DNA of 64,000 nt from IMG/VR virus record IMGVR_UViG_3300025000_000084, positions 7,611-71,610 of that record; one strand, 5' to 3'. This DNA is from a virus. Both the position numbers and the translations under genes were made by a program. Of this stretch, positions 54,757-64,000 are shown piece by piece (position 1 is the stretch's first letter; every line of letters starts with the position of its first letter). The notes beneath the pieces were generated by a model. The model ran no database searches. It was not told the DNA's origin and saw only the letters and a program-made list of their open reading frames with translations.

Positions 54757-55350
54757 ATGGAGGGAGTGATGGAAGAGGTTTGGAAGGATATAAATGGAAG
54801 TGAGGGGATATACCAGGTCTCTTCCCTTGGTAGGATAAGAAGCTGTGATAGGATAATAGTTGAGCGGCCAACACAAAAAACGCAAAGAGTTAAGGGGAAA
54901 ATTATTAAAACCGTCCCGGGAACTACTGGCTACTTAATATTTAGCCTGCATAATAAGTATAGGCAAGTATCCGCTCGCGTTCATAGAATAGTTGCCATGA
55001 CATTCCTTCCTCTGTTAGAAGGTAAAAATCATGTAAACCATAAAAATGGCATAAAAACAGATAATCGCGTTGATAATCTCGAGTGGGTTACCAGGTCTGA
55101 AAATGAACTTCATAAGCATAGGGTATTAGGAATTAAGGGCGCCTGTATTGGACGTTTTGGCTCAGATCATCCTCAATCAAGGAAACGAATACAATTAACC
55201 CCCGACGATGTTGTCATACGGGAGTGGAATTGCGCTGCAGATATTGAAAGGGAATTAGGATTTTTATCCAGTGGTATAAGTGCTTGCTGTTCGGGCGTTC
55301 AAAAAACAGCTTATGGTTATAAATGGAAATTTAAAGAAGAGATGCTATGA
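54757..55350 (+). CDS. NUMOD4-HNH homing endonuclease
   Basis: EVWKDI...YQVSSLGRIRS; VHRIVA...VNHKNGIKTDNRVDNLEW. Confidence 0.92.
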   Translation: MEGVMEEVWKDINGSEGIYQVSSLGRIRSCDRIIVERPTQKTQRVKGKIIKTVPGTTGYLIFSLHNKYRQVSARVHRIVAMTFLPLLEGKNHVNHKNGIKTDNRVDNLEWVTRSENELHKHRVLGIKGACIGRFGSDHPQSRKRIQLTPDDVVIREWNCAADIERELGFLSSGISACCSGVQKTAYGYKWKFKEEML

Positions 55351-56087
55351 AGTGTCACGTTCTCGGGTCTGGAAGCCAACGTAACGGATATGTCTTAACC
55401 AACGGTGAAGAGACCCTTATAATAGAGGTTGGTTGTAAATTATTGGAGGTCAAAAAGGTTCTTAATTATAACATGTCCTCCATTGTAGGCGCATTACTGA
55501 CACATTCACATAACGATCATGCCGGCTACATTGACAGTTATATGAAGGCCGGAATTACAATACTTGCATCGGAGGAGACCCTTGTCGAGAAGAAGGTTAC
55601 GAAGATGCGGTACATGACCAAATCGGTTGTTCCAGGCAAGGGGTACAAGTTGGGTAACTTCAAGCTCATACCATTCAGCTTAACCCACGATGTACCCTGC
55701 CTGGGATACCTGATCGAGCACCCCTCCATTGGCCTTGCTGCTTTCATCACGGACACGGCAGAGTGTGATTACATTTTTCCTCCGCTGAACCATATTTTCA
55801 TTGAAACTAATTTTTCGGAGGACATCATGGAGCGCAATATTGTCGAGGGCAGACTATCCCCAGCCATGCGCCCGAGACTGAAGAGGTCCCACCTGGAGAT
55901 CGAGAGTACAAAAGAGATTCTCCGGGCCCAAGATCTCAGTAAGGTAATGAACATTTTACTCATCCATTTATCTGCCGGCAACAGCGACCAGGCCCGGTTC
56001 ATAGCCGAAGTATCGGCCGTGACCGGTAAGCCTGTGATAGCAGCGGAGAAGGGTGTAACAGTGAACTTTAATCTTAACCCATATTAA
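55347..56087 (+). CDS. MBL-fold metallo-hydrolase (exonuclease partner of RecT)
   Basis: LGSGS.RNG, THSHNDH, HDV, TDT, HLS. Confidence 0.9.
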   Translation: MKCHVLGSGSQRNGYVLTNGEETLIIEVGCKLLEVKKVLNYNMSSIVGALLTHSHNDHAGYIDSYMKAGITILASEETLVEKKVTKMRYMTKSVVPGKGYKLGNFKLIPFSLTHDVPCLGYLIEHPSIGLAAFITDTAECDYIFPPLNHIFIETNFSEDIMERNIVEGRLSPAMRPRLKRSHLEIESTKEILRAQDLSKVMNILLIHLSAGNSDQARFIAEVSAVTGKPVIAAEKGVTVNFNLNPY

Positions 56088-56088
56088 T

Positions 56089-56682
56089 ATGAAAGATGAA
56101 TTTTACAGACCAGCAGTTATTGAGTTTGACGTAGCTCTCGATGGGAGCAACGTCCCTGAATCCCTTGGCGAGTTTCCGACAGCGGAAGATGCCGCCAAGT
56201 ACATAGGTGCAAACCTCATTGTGATCAACCAGGCGGTGACGGTTTCCCGGTACATGGATAACAAGGAGAAGAATGACCTCCGCAGGGAGTACTCAGACAT
56301 CCTTGAGAACATCCTGCCGGTTCATGCCAAGGATCTCTCCCGGACTGAGAACCAACTGGCCGAGGCAAAGAAGATGCAGAAGGCAGCCGAAGAGCTCTAC
56401 AACGGAACCGTGACACAGGCCAAGCAGATGGCAGCAGAAGTGAAGCGGGGCCTGGTGGAGATGAGACTTGACGATCTCTTTACCTACCGCGTGACCTACA
56501 AGGGCCGGTACTACTACTACACCTATGTTGACAAGCAGCTCAAGCTCTGTATGATCCGGGATATCCCTGAGTTTGAAAAGACTGAGCTCTGGAACTCCAT
56601 GGCCCAGAATGAGGAGTTTATTGACAAGCTCAGGATAACTGATGTTCAGTTTGAAGGTGAAGGACCCGAGAAAATCGAGTAA
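56089..56682 (+). CDS. Hypothetical phage protein
   Basis: 197 aa in the early operon. Confidence 0.65.
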   Translation: MKDEFYRPAVIEFDVALDGSNVPESLGEFPTAEDAAKYIGANLIVINQAVTVSRYMDNKEKNDLRREYSDILENILPVHAKDLSRTENQLAEAKKMQKAAEELYNGTVTQAKQMAAEVKRGLVEMRLDDLFTYRVTYKGRYYYYTYVDKQLKLCMIRDIPEFEKTELWNSMAQNEEFIDKLRITDVQFEGEGPEKIE

Positions 56683-56690
56683 TAAGGACC

Positions 56691-56805
56691 TCCCCTGTGG
56701 ATAGTTCATGTCCAACATGGCAAGCCTCAAGGATAAGATTCCTCCCATGAACTACAGGAGGGTAATAATCGGGCGAAGCCTGTTCAAATCAGGCCAGGGG
56801 AGCAA
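56691..56805 (+). ncRNA. tRNA-like RNA (canonical acceptor stem and T arm, non-canonical core)
   Basis: TCCCCTG/CAGGGGA acceptor stem, GCCTG-TTCAAAT-CAGGC T arm, internal TAGTTCATG/CATGAACTA stem; intergenic. Confidence 0.6.
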
Positions 56806-56823
56806 AGAGTAAAACACGAAACG

Positions 56824-57180
56824 ATGAGCCAACAATTCACTATTGATTTCACCCGCGGAGAGGACCTCCGGGATGAGGGCATAGAGAGAGCCATCACCCA
56901 TGCCGACTATGCCTCTGAGGGCTGGTCTGAGCTCGCCTATGCCTTCCTGAAGAAGTACATAGAGTCTCACAGCATCTTCATGGCAGAGGATGTCCGGCAG
57001 GCAGCAAGCGGTATCGTTCCCCTGCCACCGAGCAACCGGGCCTGGGGAGGGATAATGGTCCGGGCAGCACATGAGAACCTGATCTACCGGTGCGGCTTCC
57101 GCAATGTAAAGAACGCCCGGGCACACTGCACCCCCGCAGCTCTCTGGGCAGCACAGTCAATTAACGAAAAGGTGGCATAG
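56824..57180 (+). CDS. Hypothetical phage protein
   Basis: 118 aa; FMAEDVR...RAWG...AH. Confidence 0.7.
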   Translation: MSQQFTIDFTRGEDLRDEGIERAITHADYASEGWSELAYAFLKKYIESHSIFMAEDVRQAASGIVPLPPSNRAWGGIMVRAAHENLIYRCGFRNVKNARAHCTPAALWAAQSINEKVA

Positions 57181-57182
57181 AC

Positions 57183-57977
57183 ATGGCAAAGGACCCCGCA
57201 TTTCTGTTTTACCCTAAAGACTGGCTATCCGGCACAGCCGAGTATATGCCCGATGAAAAGGGTGTCTATATTGATCTTCTTTGCCATCAGCATCAAAAAG
57301 GATCACTGCCATCAGACACCGAGAGGCTTGCCCGGATGGTGGGTCTTTCTTATGAATCGTTCCTGAAAATATGGGAAGTCATTAACGTTCATTTCGAGCA
57401 AACGGATAACCAAACGGATAACCGATTGGTTAACCAAAAGCTCTACCAGTTGACTGTACGAAGGGCAGAAAAAAGTCTCATAAATACCATAAACGGGACC
57501 TTTGCAGGGCTACTCAGAGTGGGTAATTATGATACTAAAACCTATAAACACCTTAAAACAGAGTTTAATGCCAGCCTCTTTATTCCATACAATAAGGATG
57601 AATTAAGCGAACGGTTAACCGAATGGATAACCGAACGGTCAAAAAGCATTGGAAATGGAAATATAAGTAATTATATTCTTTTGTTTAATAAAGTAATTAC
57701 AGATTATAAAATTGAATTAACAGAAGAATTTCGGTCTTTATTTCTTGAATGGCTGAAGTACAAATCTGAGAAAGGTCAGACCTATAAGGAGACAGGATTA
57801 AAGAGTCTCCTAACCCAATCACTAAAGGATTGTAACAATAACCCCACAGAGCTGCGGCAGATGATCCTTTATTCTACATCAAAGAACTACGATGGACTAT
57901 TTAAAGAAAAACAATATGGAAGCAATCAATCAAATCATTCAGGACAGTCTAAGGACGTTAACAGGCAGTGGGAATAG
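57183..57977 (+). CDS. Replication initiator (DUF1376/YdaU-like)
   Basis: KDPAFLFYPKDWL...EKGVYIDLLC; C-terminal EWLKYK...YDGLF; internal iterons. Confidence 0.85.
   Translation: MAKDPAFLFYPKDWLSGTAEYMPDEKGVYIDLLCHQHQKGSLPSDTERLARMVGLSYESFLKIWEVINVHFEQTDNQTDNRLVNQKLYQLTVRRAEKSLINTINGTFAGLLRVGNYDTKTYKHLKTEFNASLFIPYNKDELSERLTEWITERSKSIGNGNISNYILLFNKVITDYKIELTEEFRSLFLEWLKYKSEKGQTYKETGLKSLLTQSLKDCNNNPTELRQMILYSTSKNYDGLFKEKQYGSNQSNHSGQSKDVNRQWE
57399..57643 (+). repeat. Iterons / probable replication origin
   Basis: Two clusters of three tandem 12-mers (CAAACGGATAAC x2, CGATTGGTTAAC; CGAACGGTTAAC, CGAATGGATAAC, CGAACGGTCAAA) followed by an AT-rich tract. Confidence 0.7.
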
Positions 57978-58590
57978 GAGGATAGTGTACGCACCGTACA
58001 AGATGGACACCGCCCTTGAGGTAGTGACCCGGATAGGTAAGGGCATGGATCCCGCATTTGAATTAACCCCAGATGTTAAGCCTGTTTTTATTCAGCTGAT
58101 CCGGTTCTTTCATGGAGACACCGCATTTGACGGAGATGTCAACAAGGGTATTCTCTTAATGGGACCCACCGGAACCGGCAAGACAATGGCCATGGAGGTA
58201 ATGAGGATCTACCAAACCATTGACAATATCGCTTACCTCCTGAATGGTAAGATGGTCCGCATGAACTACAACATTGTTGATGTGAGCATATTAGTCAGCT
58301 CCTTTATGGATGCTGGTTATGACGGCATAGAAATGTACCGCCACCGCTATGCCATGTGTATAGATGATATTGGAGCTGAGAGCAATCAGATCAAACATTA
58401 CGGCAATGATTGTGATGTAGTAGGCTACATCCTGGCTGAGAGGTATGCTCGCAGACTTATGACATTCGGCACAACCAACTTTAAGGTTGAGAGCCTTACC
58501 GCCAAGTATGGTGACAGGATAGTAAGCCGGATGTATGCGCTATTCAACTTCGTAGTGATGAAAGGCAAAGATTTTAGAAAAACCAAATAA
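57916..58590 (+). CDS. DnaC/IstB-like AAA+ helicase loader
   Basis: GPTGTGKT, CIDDIG, TTN, YGDRIVSR. Confidence 0.88.
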   Translation: MEAINQIIQDSLRTLTGSGNRRIVYAPYKMDTALEVVTRIGKGMDPAFELTPDVKPVFIQLIRFFHGDTAFDGDVNKGILLMGPTGTGKTMAMEVMRIYQTIDNIAYLLNGKMVRMNYNIVDVSILVSSFMDAGYDGIEMYRHRYAMCIDDIGAESNQIKHYGNDCDVVGYILAERYARRLMTFGTTNFKVESLTAKYGDRIVSRMYALFNFVVMKGKDFRKTK

Positions 58591-58593
58591 CCC

Positions 58594-58794
58594 ATGACCT
58601 ACCGAAAATTAACAGAAGAAGAGATCCTCGCCCTGGAGAACGAGGAGTACCACCAGCCCCTAAGAGCAGCCACAGGCATTTTTACAGCACTGTTGTTTGT
58701 GCTTGCAGTAGTTCTCGGAACCATCTTGATAGTACATACCATCCACTATTTCAACGAGAAAGCACAGAAACCTGTAATGACGATAACAAAATGA
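58594..58794 (+). CDS. Small membrane protein
   Basis: 66 aa, single TM helix. Confidence 0.6.
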   Translation: MTYRKLTEEEILALENEEYHQPLRAATGIFTALLFVLAVVLGTILIVHTIHYFNEKAQKPVMTITK

Positions 58795-59474
58795 AAGAGA
58801 GACCTATTTTATTCAGCACCCCGATGGTACGGGCGATCCTCGAAGGTCGGAAGGGCCAGACGAGAAGGATTGTAAAACATCCGATAAGGCAGTATCAAAA
58901 TAGCCTGCAGAAGTGCCTTTCGTTTCACATAGACGGAGGAGGTAATTGGGTTGGGTGGTCAAGTAACCGTGCCAGCCTTCCAAAAGAAACAAAAGTGATT
59001 TACTCTAACGGCGAAGGGATTAAATGTCCTTACGGTCAGCCCGGAGACATCCTTTGGGTGCGGGAGACATGGGCATTTTTGGAGGGACCGCCGAGCGAGC
59101 AGGACAATACTACGGATTGGGGATTTTGCTACAAAGCCGATGATCCACATATAGCAGATAAGTGGAAGCCATCAATCTTCATGCCCAAAGAAGCCTGCCG
59201 GATACGGCTTGAGGTAACGGATGTGAGGGTGGAGAGGTTGAATGACATAACTGACGATGATGCAAAAGCAGAGGGAGTTTATTTCTACGGATGGGATGAC
59301 TACCATCAGGATGATTACAAAAACTATCTATACGACGATAAAAATTATGACGATTGGGGAGTTCAAACAGCAAAAGAAAGTTATGAAACTCTTTGGGAGT
59401 CCATCAACAGCAAAGGTTCATGGAAAAAGAATCCGTGGGTGTGGGTGATAACGTTCAAAAGAATACAGCCATGA
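58791..59474 (+). CDS. ASCH/PUA-like phage protein
   Basis: MKERPILFSTPMVRAILEGRK.QTRR, GDILWVRETW, WKPSIFMPK, NPWVWVI. Confidence 0.85.
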   Translation: MKERPILFSTPMVRAILEGRKGQTRRIVKHPIRQYQNSLQKCLSFHIDGGGNWVGWSSNRASLPKETKVIYSNGEGIKCPYGQPGDILWVRETWAFLEGPPSEQDNTTDWGFCYKADDPHIADKWKPSIFMPKEACRIRLEVTDVRVERLNDITDDDAKAEGVYFYGWDDYHQDDYKNYLYDDKNYDDWGVQTAKESYETLWESINSKGSWKKNPWVWVITFKRIQP

Positions 59475-59683
59475 CCAGCTACCAGAAAAGGAAAGAGGAT
59501 ATCCGGGCTCTCCTGGCAACCATAGAAATACTGATCGGTGATGATCAGTACAAGGCTGAGGAGATGAAGCAGCGGCTCCAAATGGAAAGAGACACTCTCA
59601 GAATGATATACTTCGGATCCCGTCAGTCAGAGCCCCCCTTCAGGACCGGAGGCATCATTGAGCAAATAACAAAAACGAACTGA
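59471..59683 (+). CDS. Small hypothetical protein
   Basis: Likely start MTSYQKRK, ATGA coupling. Confidence 0.6.
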   Translation: MTSYQKRKEDIRALLATIEILIGDDQYKAEEMKQRLQMERDTLRMIYFGSRQSEPPFRTGGIIEQITKTN

Positions 59684-59769
59684 AATTATATACAAGTTAT
59701 GAGTAAAATTATATATCAGCCGAAAGGCACAGAAAGAAGGATTATATCTCAGGCCATAACGGTAAGTCC

Positions 59770-59898
59770 GTGAATAGCAAAACAGAGATATCAAAAAGAG
59801 CCGGGCTGTCATATCAAACCGTTTTGAATTACTACAAGGGAATAAAAATCAGGAAATCATCTATTCAGAAAATAGAAAGGGCCATTTGTCATGAGTAA
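59770..59898 (+). CDS. 42-aa Cro-like HTH peptide (not in the ORF track)
   Basis: GTG start; NSKTEISKRAGLSYQTVLNYYKG...IQKIERAI. Confidence 0.5.
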   Translation: MNSKTEISKRAGLSYQTVLNYYKGIKIRKSSIQKIERAICHE

Positions 59899-60733
59899 GA
59901 TAATTTACGCACCAAAGGGTGCCGCTGCAGAATATAGCAAGTATGCTGCCAATTTCTATGTAGGATGCCTCGGAGACAAGGGATGCTCATATTGCTACTG
60001 TCTAAGGGTATTAAGGGGCTACTGGCCCGATAAGCCCACCCTGAAGAAGTGCCTCGAAAACGAGGATAAGGCAATGCAGATCTTCATGAAGGAGGCAGAC
60101 CAGAACATTAAGGATCTGCGCAAGCATGGTCTGTTCTTCAACTTTGTTTCAGATCCCTTCCTGCCGGAGACAATAGATCTCAATACATTAGCAATGAGGT
60201 ATTGCATCATTAACGAAATCCCGGTCATAGCCCTCACAAAGCAGACCAGGTGGGTTGAGGACTTTATAATGGAGATGGATCAGAATGAAACCGTCTGGAA
60301 TTTAGACTACCACAGAGTTCAGCAGTTGATGGCCTTTGGCTTCACCCTCACCGGCCATGATGACCTCGAGCCAGGCTGTGCCACAAACGAGGACCGTATC
60401 AGAGCCATGAGGGTGCTCAGTGATGAAGGATTCAAGACCTGGGCCAGCATTGAGCCGATCATTGACTTTGATAGCAGTTGGCGGATGATCGAACAGACTC
60501 TTGGATCCTGCGACCTCTACAAGATTGGCCTGAAGTCGGGAGGGAAGTATAATGTGAGTGAAGCACAACGTTTCACCCTAAGAGTTATGGCCGCTGCACG
60601 TTGTAACCACACAAAGGTGTACTTCAAAGACAGTTTTGTTTCAATGCTTCGAGTGACACGCGAAGAAATGAGTCATTGGCAATGGGGTGGTTGTCTTGTT
60701 GACCGGGATTATAACATGTTCACGGAGCAATGA
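59891..60733 (+). CDS. Radical SAM-like protein (SplB/DUF5131-like)
   Basis: YVGCLGDKGCSYCY, FVSDPF, LTK, EPG, WASIEP, YFKDS. Confidence 0.8.
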   Translation: MSKIIYAPKGAAAEYSKYAANFYVGCLGDKGCSYCYCLRVLRGYWPDKPTLKKCLENEDKAMQIFMKEADQNIKDLRKHGLFFNFVSDPFLPETIDLNTLAMRYCIINEIPVIALTKQTRWVEDFIMEMDQNETVWNLDYHRVQQLMAFGFTLTGHDDLEPGCATNEDRIRAMRVLSDEGFKTWASIEPIIDFDSSWRMIEQTLGSCDLYKIGLKSGGKYNVSEAQRFTLRVMAAARCNHTKVYFKDSFVSMLRVTREEMSHWQWGGCLVDRDYNMFTEQ

Positions 60734-61587
60734 TTGACCGAAAGATGCAAAAGTACGTCAACCTGATATCATACTTTGGAGGTAAGTACCCTCACTTGAA
60801 ATGGCTGATCAGTAAGTTTCCGGCCGGCAATTATCACTTTATTGATATCATGTGCGGGAGTGCTAATGTGGCACTTAATGTCAATTATCCTTTGGTTACG
60901 GTTAATGATATGAATGATGAGATACATAACCTTTTCCAGGTACTCCGTAACGACTACGATGAATTTATGCGGATCCTTTATTTCACCCCATTCAGCCGGA
61001 CCGAACTAAATAATATTATCACAGCCTTAAAAAACAACGAGTCTGTATCAAATGTCGAAAGGGCAAGGAGATATTTTGTAAAGAGTCAACTTGGTTATGG
61101 TGCGAATGGATCTCAGAACAATCACTATGGAATGGGATTTGAGTGGGCGTTACATGAAACTAACTTTTACCGGACCGACAACTGGAACCTGAAACTCCAG
61201 AGGCTTGCTAAGGTTGTTGATAAACTCAGACATTTTCAAATCGAAAGCAGAGATGCACTTGAATTATTCGATAGTGTTAACTCACGGGGTAACATAGTTT
61301 ATTTTGATCCGCCCTACTTATTAAGCACACGCAAATCAAAGAAGCGGTACCACCACGAACAAGAGGATGACTTTCATGTAAGGTTGGCTGAGAAGATCTC
61401 GGATGCCAAATGCTTTGTTGCTGTCTCCGGGTACGATTCACCTCTATACGATGAGCTTTTCTCGTCCATGCACAAATCAATGGATATCCCCAAAAAAAGT
61501 AATGTAGGGAAATTGATAACCCGGGAATGTCTTTGGACAAACTATGATCCCATAACTGTGAATGGATCCTACAAACTTAACTTATAA
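60730..61587 (+). CDS. DNA adenine methyltransferase (Dam/D12 class)
   Basis: YFGGK, DIMCGSANV, VND, YFDPPY, SGY. Confidence 0.92.
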   Translation: MIDRKMQKYVNLISYFGGKYPHLKWLISKFPAGNYHFIDIMCGSANVALNVNYPLVTVNDMNDEIHNLFQVLRNDYDEFMRILYFTPFSRTELNNIITALKNNESVSNVERARRYFVKSQLGYGANGSQNNHYGMGFEWALHETNFYRTDNWNLKLQRLAKVVDKLRHFQIESRDALELFDSVNSRGNIVYFDPPYLLSTRKSKKRYHHEQEDDFHVRLAEKISDAKCFVAVSGYDSPLYDELFSSMHKSMDIPKKSNVGKLITRECLWTNYDPITVNGSYKLNL

Positions 61588-61680
61588 GTTAACTATACCC
61601 TTAAACCACGCGCAATGGAATACTTACAGAAAAGACCTCGCTAACATGAGTAAGTATTAACCATCACTAACAAACGAACA

Positions 61681-62136
61681 ATGATCTGCAAGAGATGTCA
61701 AACAGAAATGAACAAAAACGGCCACAGCCGTCAAGGATGGCAAAAATGGATTTGCCCAAACTGTCACCACAACCACGAAGAGCGCCCATCATCTGCGCTA
61801 CCTACTACACAAAACCCCGTAGTGGAACCTATAAAGAGTCCCGCCGCGGCTCCCGTAAAGAACGAGGGCAAGCCAATGGGACTGACTGAGGAACAGCTGA
61901 GGTCAAAACATGATATGAGATATATCATTGAGACCAAGTGCAAGGAACTCAAGAAGGGAACATATCTCCCCCAGGGAGAGTTTGTCCAGTTCTGCGGCAT
62001 CAATGCCGGTGCCAGGTACAAGGATATCCTCGAACACCCCAAGCATAATGACTTCCACGGCAAGGCCGGAGGGACAGTCTATTGGGGCCATCCCGACAGC
62101 ATCCGAAAACTCAAAGATGAAGGAGTATTAACTTAA
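61681..62136 (+). CDS. Hypothetical protein with an N-terminal zinc ribbon
   Basis: CKRC...KNG...QKWICPNC. Confidence 0.65.
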   Translation: MICKRCQTEMNKNGHSRQGWQKWICPNCHHNHEERPSSALPTTQNPVVEPIKSPAAAPVKNEGKPMGLTEEQLRSKHDMRYIIETKCKELKKGTYLPQGEFVQFCGINAGARYKDILEHPKHNDFHGKAGGTVYWGHPDSIRKLKDEGVLT

Positions 62137-62149
62137 TAACCAACGCAAA

Positions 62150-63211
62150 ATGCCACTAAACGAAAATGAAATTCGATCCGAACACTCAGAGAAGGTCGAA
62201 GAACTCAAGCGCCAGATCAAGGAGCGCGACAACAGAATCCAGGGCTACCGGCGCGAGCACGGTAAGCTGCAGCTATTCTTCGAGGAGGTGAGCTCCGCAA
62301 TAGAGCCCATCTCCGAGAGAGAACCTATCCTCTTCCCCAAGAAGTTGAAGAAGGGCACACTGGTAGAGCCGGTCATGCACATCACGGACACGCATGTCGG
62401 AGCGGTCCAGGAGCCAAACGAGATCGAGGGCTTTAACGCCTTCGATCCTGCCATAGCACACCAGAGGTCTATCCTGTATGCTCAGAAGTGGCTCAAGTGG
62501 GTCAATGACCATACTACTGCCCACCATATTCAGGAGGCATCGGTGATCATTACCGGGGATCTGATCTCCGGTGACATCCATGACGAACTCCGCATAACCA
62601 ATGCCTACCCCTCCCCGGTACAGGTGGTGGAGTCGGCAAGGGATATCGCCCTGCAGATCTCAATGATTGCACCCTACTTCCGCAAGGTGAAGATCCATTT
62701 CATCACCGAGGACAACCACTCCCGCCTGACAAAGAAACCCCAGGCGAAAGAGGCAGGGCTTAACTCGCTCAATTATCTTGTGGCCATGCTGGTGCAGTCG
62801 TATATCGCAAACCTCTCCAATGTTGAGATGCACATCTATGCCATGTTGGAGAAGGTGGTCCATGTCAATCACCGTCAGTACCTCATCACCCACGGCCATA
62901 ACGTCCGGGGATGGATGGGAGTACCCTGGTATGGTATCGAGCGCAAGGTAGGCAAGGAAGCACAGGCAAGACTTCAGCTTATCATGCAGGAGATTGAGAG
63001 AGCCAAGGAGATAGGCTTTCATAAGTATGTATTTGGTCACTTCCACAGTCCCATCTTTGTTGAGTTATATATCGGAGGTGCCTCACTTCAGGGAACCGAT
63101 GCCTATGACCACCAGGCCGGAAGGTATGGAGGCCCGGGACAGGGAGCATGGATGGTCCATCCTGAGTACGGAGAGTTTGACTACATCTCATTTAACCTGA
63201 CGAGACCATGA
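62150..63211 (+). CDS. Calcineurin-like metallophosphoesterase
   Basis: TDTHVG, GDLISG, DNH, THGH, GHFH. Confidence 0.88.
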   Translation: MPLNENEIRSEHSEKVEELKRQIKERDNRIQGYRREHGKLQLFFEEVSSAIEPISEREPILFPKKLKKGTLVEPVMHITDTHVGAVQEPNEIEGFNAFDPAIAHQRSILYAQKWLKWVNDHTTAHHIQEASVIITGDLISGDIHDELRITNAYPSPVQVVESARDIALQISMIAPYFRKVKIHFITEDNHSRLTKKPQAKEAGLNSLNYLVAMLVQSYIANLSNVEMHIYAMLEKVVHVNHRQYLITHGHNVRGWMGVPWYGIERKVGKEAQARLQLIMQEIERAKEIGFHKYVFGHFHSPIFVELYIGGASLQGTDAYDHQAGRYGGPGQGAWMVHPEYGEFDYISFNLTRP

Positions 63212-63795
63212 AAGTCCATCCGTACATCTATGTTGGCCTCCTAACCGATTCCAGGAGATCAGTAAGGGGAGGAGATCAATATACCCACCTCCGCGTATTA
63301 ATTGAGCAGGAGTTTGAGGTTAAACCCGGTGAGCTATTTGTCACCAGCCGCAAGAAAGAGGTGAAAGACGGCAGACATCTATTCTCTGCCATCGTTTATC
63401 ATACCACTAAACTCAGTGAGCATAAGATCGCTTCCATGATAAACAAGAACCACTCCACCATCAACCATGCCCGGAAGAACATTGCCAAGTGGCTTGTCAA
63501 TGAACGCCCGTTCCGTGAAAAGGTCATCCGGGTTCTGGTCGAATACTTCAACTACCGCTTTAATGCAGAGCCAGAGGTAATCAAGGTAAGAGTGAAGGAG
63601 AGTATTGAGAAGATGATCGTCAACGAGCCCTATAAGATGCCGAAGGTGGAGGTAAAAAAGCCTTACCTCCCCCCGGTCTATATGATCAGTCCGCTGCGGA
63701 TGATACCCTGCCGGACCGAATCAAGAGAACAAGAGGCTTTCGCTACTGCATGCAGGAGCTCCCGGCACGGAGGCTCAAAAAACGAGCATAAATAA
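63208..63795 (+). CDS. DnaA C-terminal (domain IV)-like HTH protein
   Basis: SRKKEVKDGRH...IASMINKNHSTINHA. Confidence 0.8.
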   Translation: MKVHPYIYVGLLTDSRRSVRGGDQYTHLRVLIEQEFEVKPGELFVTSRKKEVKDGRHLFSAIVYHTTKLSEHKIASMINKNHSTINHARKNIAKWLVNERPFREKVIRVLVEYFNYRFNAEPEVIKVRVKESIEKMIVNEPYKMPKVEVKKPYLPPVYMISPLRMIPCRTESREQEAFATACRSSRHGGSKNEHK

Positions 63796-64000
63796 ATCAA
63801 AGCTATGACAAATTTAATGGATGTACTTGGATTATCCGATCCATGCTCAGAGCAAGAATTTGAATTGGCAATAACTAAAGCAGAAGAGAGATGAGTAGGC
63901 AAACAACAAATAAAAATGGTGAAACAGTAAGGTGTTCAAAAGCATTAATCTCTCCAAAGCACTTTTGGTGTCCACGAAATAAAAAGGGCTATAAGTTTCC

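Noticed and set aside
62721-62733. 13-nt match CCCGCCTGACAAA to the 46720-46732 hairpin
   Set aside because: It lies mid-gene in the phosphoesterase, away from any start codon, and cannot be distinguished from chance.
1-64000. CRISPR array or alternative genetic code
   Set aside because: I saw no regularly spaced repeat-spacer series, and long genes are intact under the standard code.

Overview
The whole window looks like one temperate tailed phage of a Bacteroidota host. Host evidence: TAnnTTTG promoters, a DUF3873-like gene, a Bacteroidetes-type integrase and Q-rule signal peptides. No host genes are visible, and an attP-like site (3' half of tRNA-Lys(CTT)) lies between phage genes, so this is probably the excised or virion form. 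Order: internal virion/ejection proteins including a 3911-aa polyvalent protein; portal; BRO-N antirepressor with a structured leader; a minus-strand operon (terminase, SSB, small genes); scaffold, capsid and tail genes; a cluster of signal-peptide-bearing fibre and lyase genes; a lysis module with a caspase-family protease; attP, integrase and repressor; early recombination and replication genes. Four GIY-YIG and one HNH free-standing endonucleases are interspersed. Most unusual: (1) tail-fibre-like lipoproteins loaded with Bacteroidetes O-glycosylation sequons, next to exported PL9-like enzymes with short terminal peptides; (2) a predicted sRNA beside attP complementary to a CTGACA leader motif of int and early genes; (3) a C4-like antisense leader; (4) an intergenic tRNA-like RNA. 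All family assignments are by eye from motifs; no searches were run.
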